Shown here in pieces: positions 60,208-64,000 of a stretch of DNA of 64,000 nt; position 1 is the first letter of the stretch, and every line of letters begins with the position of its first letter. This stretch comes from Massalongia carnosa (lineage: Eukaryota), in the NCBI GenBank assembly GCA_965645245.1, contig OZ287068.1:248001-312000 (forward strand). Reading direction: 5' to 3'. The notes beneath the pieces are model-generated. The model did not search any database, was not told where the DNA came from, and saw nothing but the letters and a program-made list of their open reading frames with translations. Made by a program: the position numbers and the translations under genes.

Positions 60208-62025
60208 CTAATCATTTCCGTGCTTCAGGGCACCTTCCTCCGTTTCCGCCAACCCCGTTTCCTGCACGGTTTCCACGATATCGGGTTCTAGTAGGTTGTT
60301 TTCTATCACGAGGCCAATCGCTGCAGCTAGTACCATCTCCACCATTGCCACCAGAAACACGGCTTTCAAGGCTTTCATGTACACGTTAACCACAGCCTGC
60401 TTCTCGGAGCCAGCAAGACCGCTAAAGGCCTCGAAGTTTGCTGTCATGGCGTTTAGGAGGTCTGGCTTTCCGCGCAAGAGGGTACGCAGGTTTCCATTGA
60501 TAGTTCTCTGAAATACAGTTGATGCAACGGTGATGCCAAATGCCAAGCCTGTCGATTCGATGGTCCACGATGCAGCTTGGACCACAGCCTGCATGTCGGC
60601 ATCTACCGAGCTCAACGTAGCCATCAGCCTAGTAACAGCCGTACCTCCATAGCCAAGACCGAAAACTCCAAGATAAACGAAGGGTACACAGGAAGGGGTA
60701 CTTTCTGTCAGTGTGCACAGCAGAATAGTTCCCAGAACCGAAAGAAACTGCACGAGCAGGTTGATATAGAAATACCGCCCCGTTGCCTTTACGATATATC
60801 CAGCCATGGAAGAAGCAAAAGCAAGTGCGATGGCCATTGGTATGAATCGTAGCCCACTTTGTCCGGTGGAATGGCCCAAGACTTGCAGGTAGATGGGTAG
60901 GTAAAAGAGGATGCTCACCGTGGCAGCGCTTGAGAAGAAAAAGCTTAGCTGGGCCGAGGCCACGGTCCTTTGTAGCAGTGCTCTGATCGGTATTATTGGA
61001 TTTGTAGCCTTCATGAGATCCCAGAATATGAACAGGCCAAAACTGATCCCAGCGACGGTGAAAGAGACAATTACGACGGGGCTGTCCCAGCCCGCGGAGC
61101 TTCCGCCTGAATTCATAGCCAGTTGAAAGAGAACCGTCGCCAGTATGAGGGTGCTACCACCAAAGTAATCAATTAGACGCAATTTAGAAGACTCACCCTT
61201 CTGTTGGGGAATCCTGATGAAGAAGATCACAATGATGGCGTCGACCAAAATGAGGGGTGGCTGTATCAGAAACGCCCATTTTCATCCGATAGCATCGTTG
61301 ATTGCGCCACCATACACTCCTCCTAGGGCTAGAGTGATCCCGTATGCAATATTTCCCAGACCTTCAATCAAGCTCCTTTTCCTCAAGGGCACCAGGTCGC
61401 TTTCAACGAAAGCTGTAATTGAAACAATTGCTCCTCCTCCCAAGCCCTGGATGATACGGCCGAGGAAAAACACCCAAAGAGCCGGAGCAAGCCCACATAA
61501 CAAGGTTCCCGTCGCGAACAAACCGTAGCAGGCCATAAGTCCTTTTCGGCGTCCGTATATGTCCGTTAATTGCCCACTCAATGGCTGAGAGACTGAGGCA
61601 CCTATGAGAAATGTGGTTTGGATCCACGAAAGCTTCGAAAAAGAATTGAAAGAAGTAGATATGGGGCCGCTGATCGTAGCCAGCATAGTATCATCTGTGT
61701 ACCATCTTCAGCTCTATTCATGTTATCTCTGCCATGAGTGAACACTTGAAGAGAATTGATTACCTAGTGCCACAAGAAGAACCCCTACCTGTCTCCATTT
61801 TAGCTGGGTGCACAGTGGATCAACAACTGAAATCTCGCTCACCCATAGACCTCCTAGTATTATCACGAGACGAGCGGTAGATAGTTGCTTGGGAGATCTA
61901 TTGGCGCCAACATCTTGCATGTTACTTCCAACCAGCGTCCTAGGGGGTAGCGCAGCTTCAATGATCGTAGCCTCTGAAGTTTTACGCTTGACAACAACTG
62001 TACCATGAATGGAGTCTTGATTCAT
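60208..62025 (-). pseudogene. MFS drug:H+ antiporter (DHA2/Vba-like) with an in-frame TGA at 61282-84
   Basis: GQLTDIYGRR, GRIIQGLGGG, ESDLVPLRKR and IG*KWAF, with many TM segments; 5' introns present. Confidence 0.85.
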
Positions 62026-63039
62026 TTCCAAAAACCGAAATCTATCCTTGGATTTTTGTTCGACCGATTGCCAGCCTATTTTTTCGAATATGAACCCATC
62101 ATTATCATTACAGTATTGGATCTACGCAGAATCCAGCCACCAGAGGACTTTTAGTCTTAATACTTAGCCTAATATCAGCCACTTCGATTTGATTGCTTTC
62201 TGCTCTTTTTGTTACTAGATAGATGCTTTGTGGGCCAATATCGCTCGTATAGAGAACGAGGAGAGGATACAAGACGAATAGAAGGACAACCAATCGGTTG
62301 CGAAGTTAATGAGACTTGATAATTCGCCCTAATTTATGGGGTTAATAACTTTCTGTCTTTGTAAGACCTGTGCCAGCTCCCCGCCTCATCATCCCCACGA
62401 TCTTCGAAGATTTTCAGATTGATATTAATCCATTAATCTATTCGTTGCATCCGTCGTGGTATCTTTAGCGTAATAAAGTCGGGTCTTGTGTTATATTCGC
62501 CACCAGCAATATATTTTAGTTTGACTACTATATCGATGTTGGCTATCGGCAGCAAAATACCCGTCGAAAGATTTGAAGGATGAAAAGGATTTGGAGAATC
62601 CTGCAGGATCAATCCAATGCACGGAAAAGAAAACTCCTGCAGAGTCAGGGCATCCACATAGATGACCACTGCAAACGCGATTCTAAAAGATATCTCATCC
62701 CAAGGTTTTCTTAAATCCTTAGTGGCGCTTTTCAGCTTGCCGATATTCCTCCTGTGGGAGAAAATGATTAGAATACGTACTTCATTCCTCCTAGTTATTT
62801 AAGGAGCGTATACCGTCATGCGATGCGACTCCGCAATCTCTAGCGCTCACTGCTCAAGTATTCATGTAGATAATGCTCTCTTTGACCATGGTTTGCGAGG
62901 CTGTCTTTCAAGACATCCTAAATATGACTTAGTCTATTTTGACCTAAAAATCCCAATCAGTTTTTCAAAGAACGCAAATTCATTCAAAGCCAGGTCTTGG
63001 ATATCCTACTTTATTTAAGTTCCCGCAGTATTTGGAAGC

Positions 63040-64000
63040 ATGTACACTCCAAATGGAATTTCTGATCGAAACGTCTCCATAGGCGAGTTGAAAATGGCTA
63101 GAGACCCCGGAAGTATAAGCTATGAAGACGAACTGCAGGTCTGGGAATGGAACCAAACGTCTACGAAAGCCATCGGAACTTTTGTTCATGATCTTATCAC
63201 AGCACGCGTACTTGCTCAACCCGCTTCAGAAGCAGTCTGTTCCTGGGAGGGCTGTTTAACATATAGTGAGCTTGAAGAACTATCCTCGCGGTTGGCAGGC
63301 TACTTGGCTGGGCAAGGCATTGGTCCTGAGATATTGGTGCCTCTTTGTTTTGAGAAGTCAATCTGGACGATTGTGGCAATGCTAGCAGTCCTCAAGGCCG
63401 GTGGAGCTTTTGTTCCTCTTGACCCTACTCAACCAAAGGAGCGGCTAATACATATTATCGGCCAGACAGAAGCTACCCTCGTGCTTTCGTCATCGAAGTA
63501 TGCACAGGCTTGCGGAGATATTTTGGATAATGTCTTTGTGGTGGATGCTGAAAGTATGGGGAAACTCGAAAACAATACGGTATTCTCCAAAGCACCGAGT
63601 CCCAATACTGCTGCATACGTTATTTTCACTTCTGGCAGTACTGGGCAGCCCAAGGGTGTTATCATCGAGCATGAGCAGTTGAGCACTAGCTCAATTCTAG
63701 TTGGAAAAGCCATGGGCTTCGAAAGCAAGCCGCGGGTTCTGCAATTTGCTTCGTACGTCTTCGACGCCTGTATTCTTGAAATCTTAACAACGCTCGTTTT
63801 TGGTGGGTGTATTTGTGTTCCATCTGACTCACAGCGCTTGAACAATCTTGTCGACGTTATGAACAATATGAGAGTCACCTGTGCGTTTTTCACACCCTCT
63901 CTTTTGAGCAATCTCCGCTCTGAAGTTTTTGAGACGCTCGATACTATCATTCTCGGCGGAGAAAGCATTCCTCCAGCCCTCGTCACACTTTGGGCCTCTA
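63040..64000 (+). CDS. NRPS adenylation domain (partial, runs off window)
   Basis: Open frame with LTYSEL (A1), LKAGGAFVPLDP (A2), AYVIFTSGSTGQPKG (A3), FASYVFDAC (A4) and ILGGE. The true start may lie further upstream, past an in-frame TAA at 63016. Confidence 0.92.
   Translation, partial: MYTPNGISDRNVSIGELKMARDPGSISYEDELQVWEWNQTSTKAIGTFVHDLITARVLAQPASEAVCSWEGCLTYSELEELSSRLAGYLAGQGIGPEILVPLCFEKSIWTIVAMLAVLKAGGAFVPLDPTQPKERLIHIIGQTEATLVLSSSKYAQACGDILDNVFVVDAESMGKLENNTVFSKAPSPNTAAYVIFTSGSTGQPKGVIIEHEQLSTSSILVGKAMGFESKPRVLQFASYVFDACILEILTTLVFGGCICVPSDSQRLNNLVDVMNNMRVTCAFFTPSLLSNLRSEVFETLDTIILGGESIPPALVTLWAS

Noticed and set aside
63429..63986. 185-aa minus-strand ORF
   Set aside because: Antisense shadow of the NRPS A domain on the plus strand.

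Overview
Filamentous-ascomycete genomic DNA (GT-AG introns, fungal TE families, NRPS). About 1-8.7 kb is a run of decayed host genes (PAQR/IZH-like, GT2 glycosyltransferase, GH12). 8,758-34,198 is one 25.4-kb nested transposon stack whose junctions I could resolve from TSDs, and it sits inside what was a 68-nt intron of a host gene. Copia element A (minus) carries a Tad-like LINE, a pogo/Fot1 transposon (itself split by an intact chromodomain Ty3/Gypsy), a foreign solo LTR, and an intact same-family Copia B inserted in reverse into A's 5' LTR. 36.5-45.1 kb holds two fragments of a fungal HNH-family gene flanking a Tc1 element, an ankyrin relic, a membrane-protein gene and a gag-less Copia pol that is fused in frame to the HNH N-terminal exons. 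Then come two secreted-protein genes, one a Tyr-capped Ser/Thr/Lys tandem-repeat protein. The window ends at the edge of a probable secondary-metabolite cluster: TauD-type dioxygenase, an MFS transporter with a premature stop, and an NRPS adenylation domain running off the end. All family assignments are by eye from motifs; no database searches were run.
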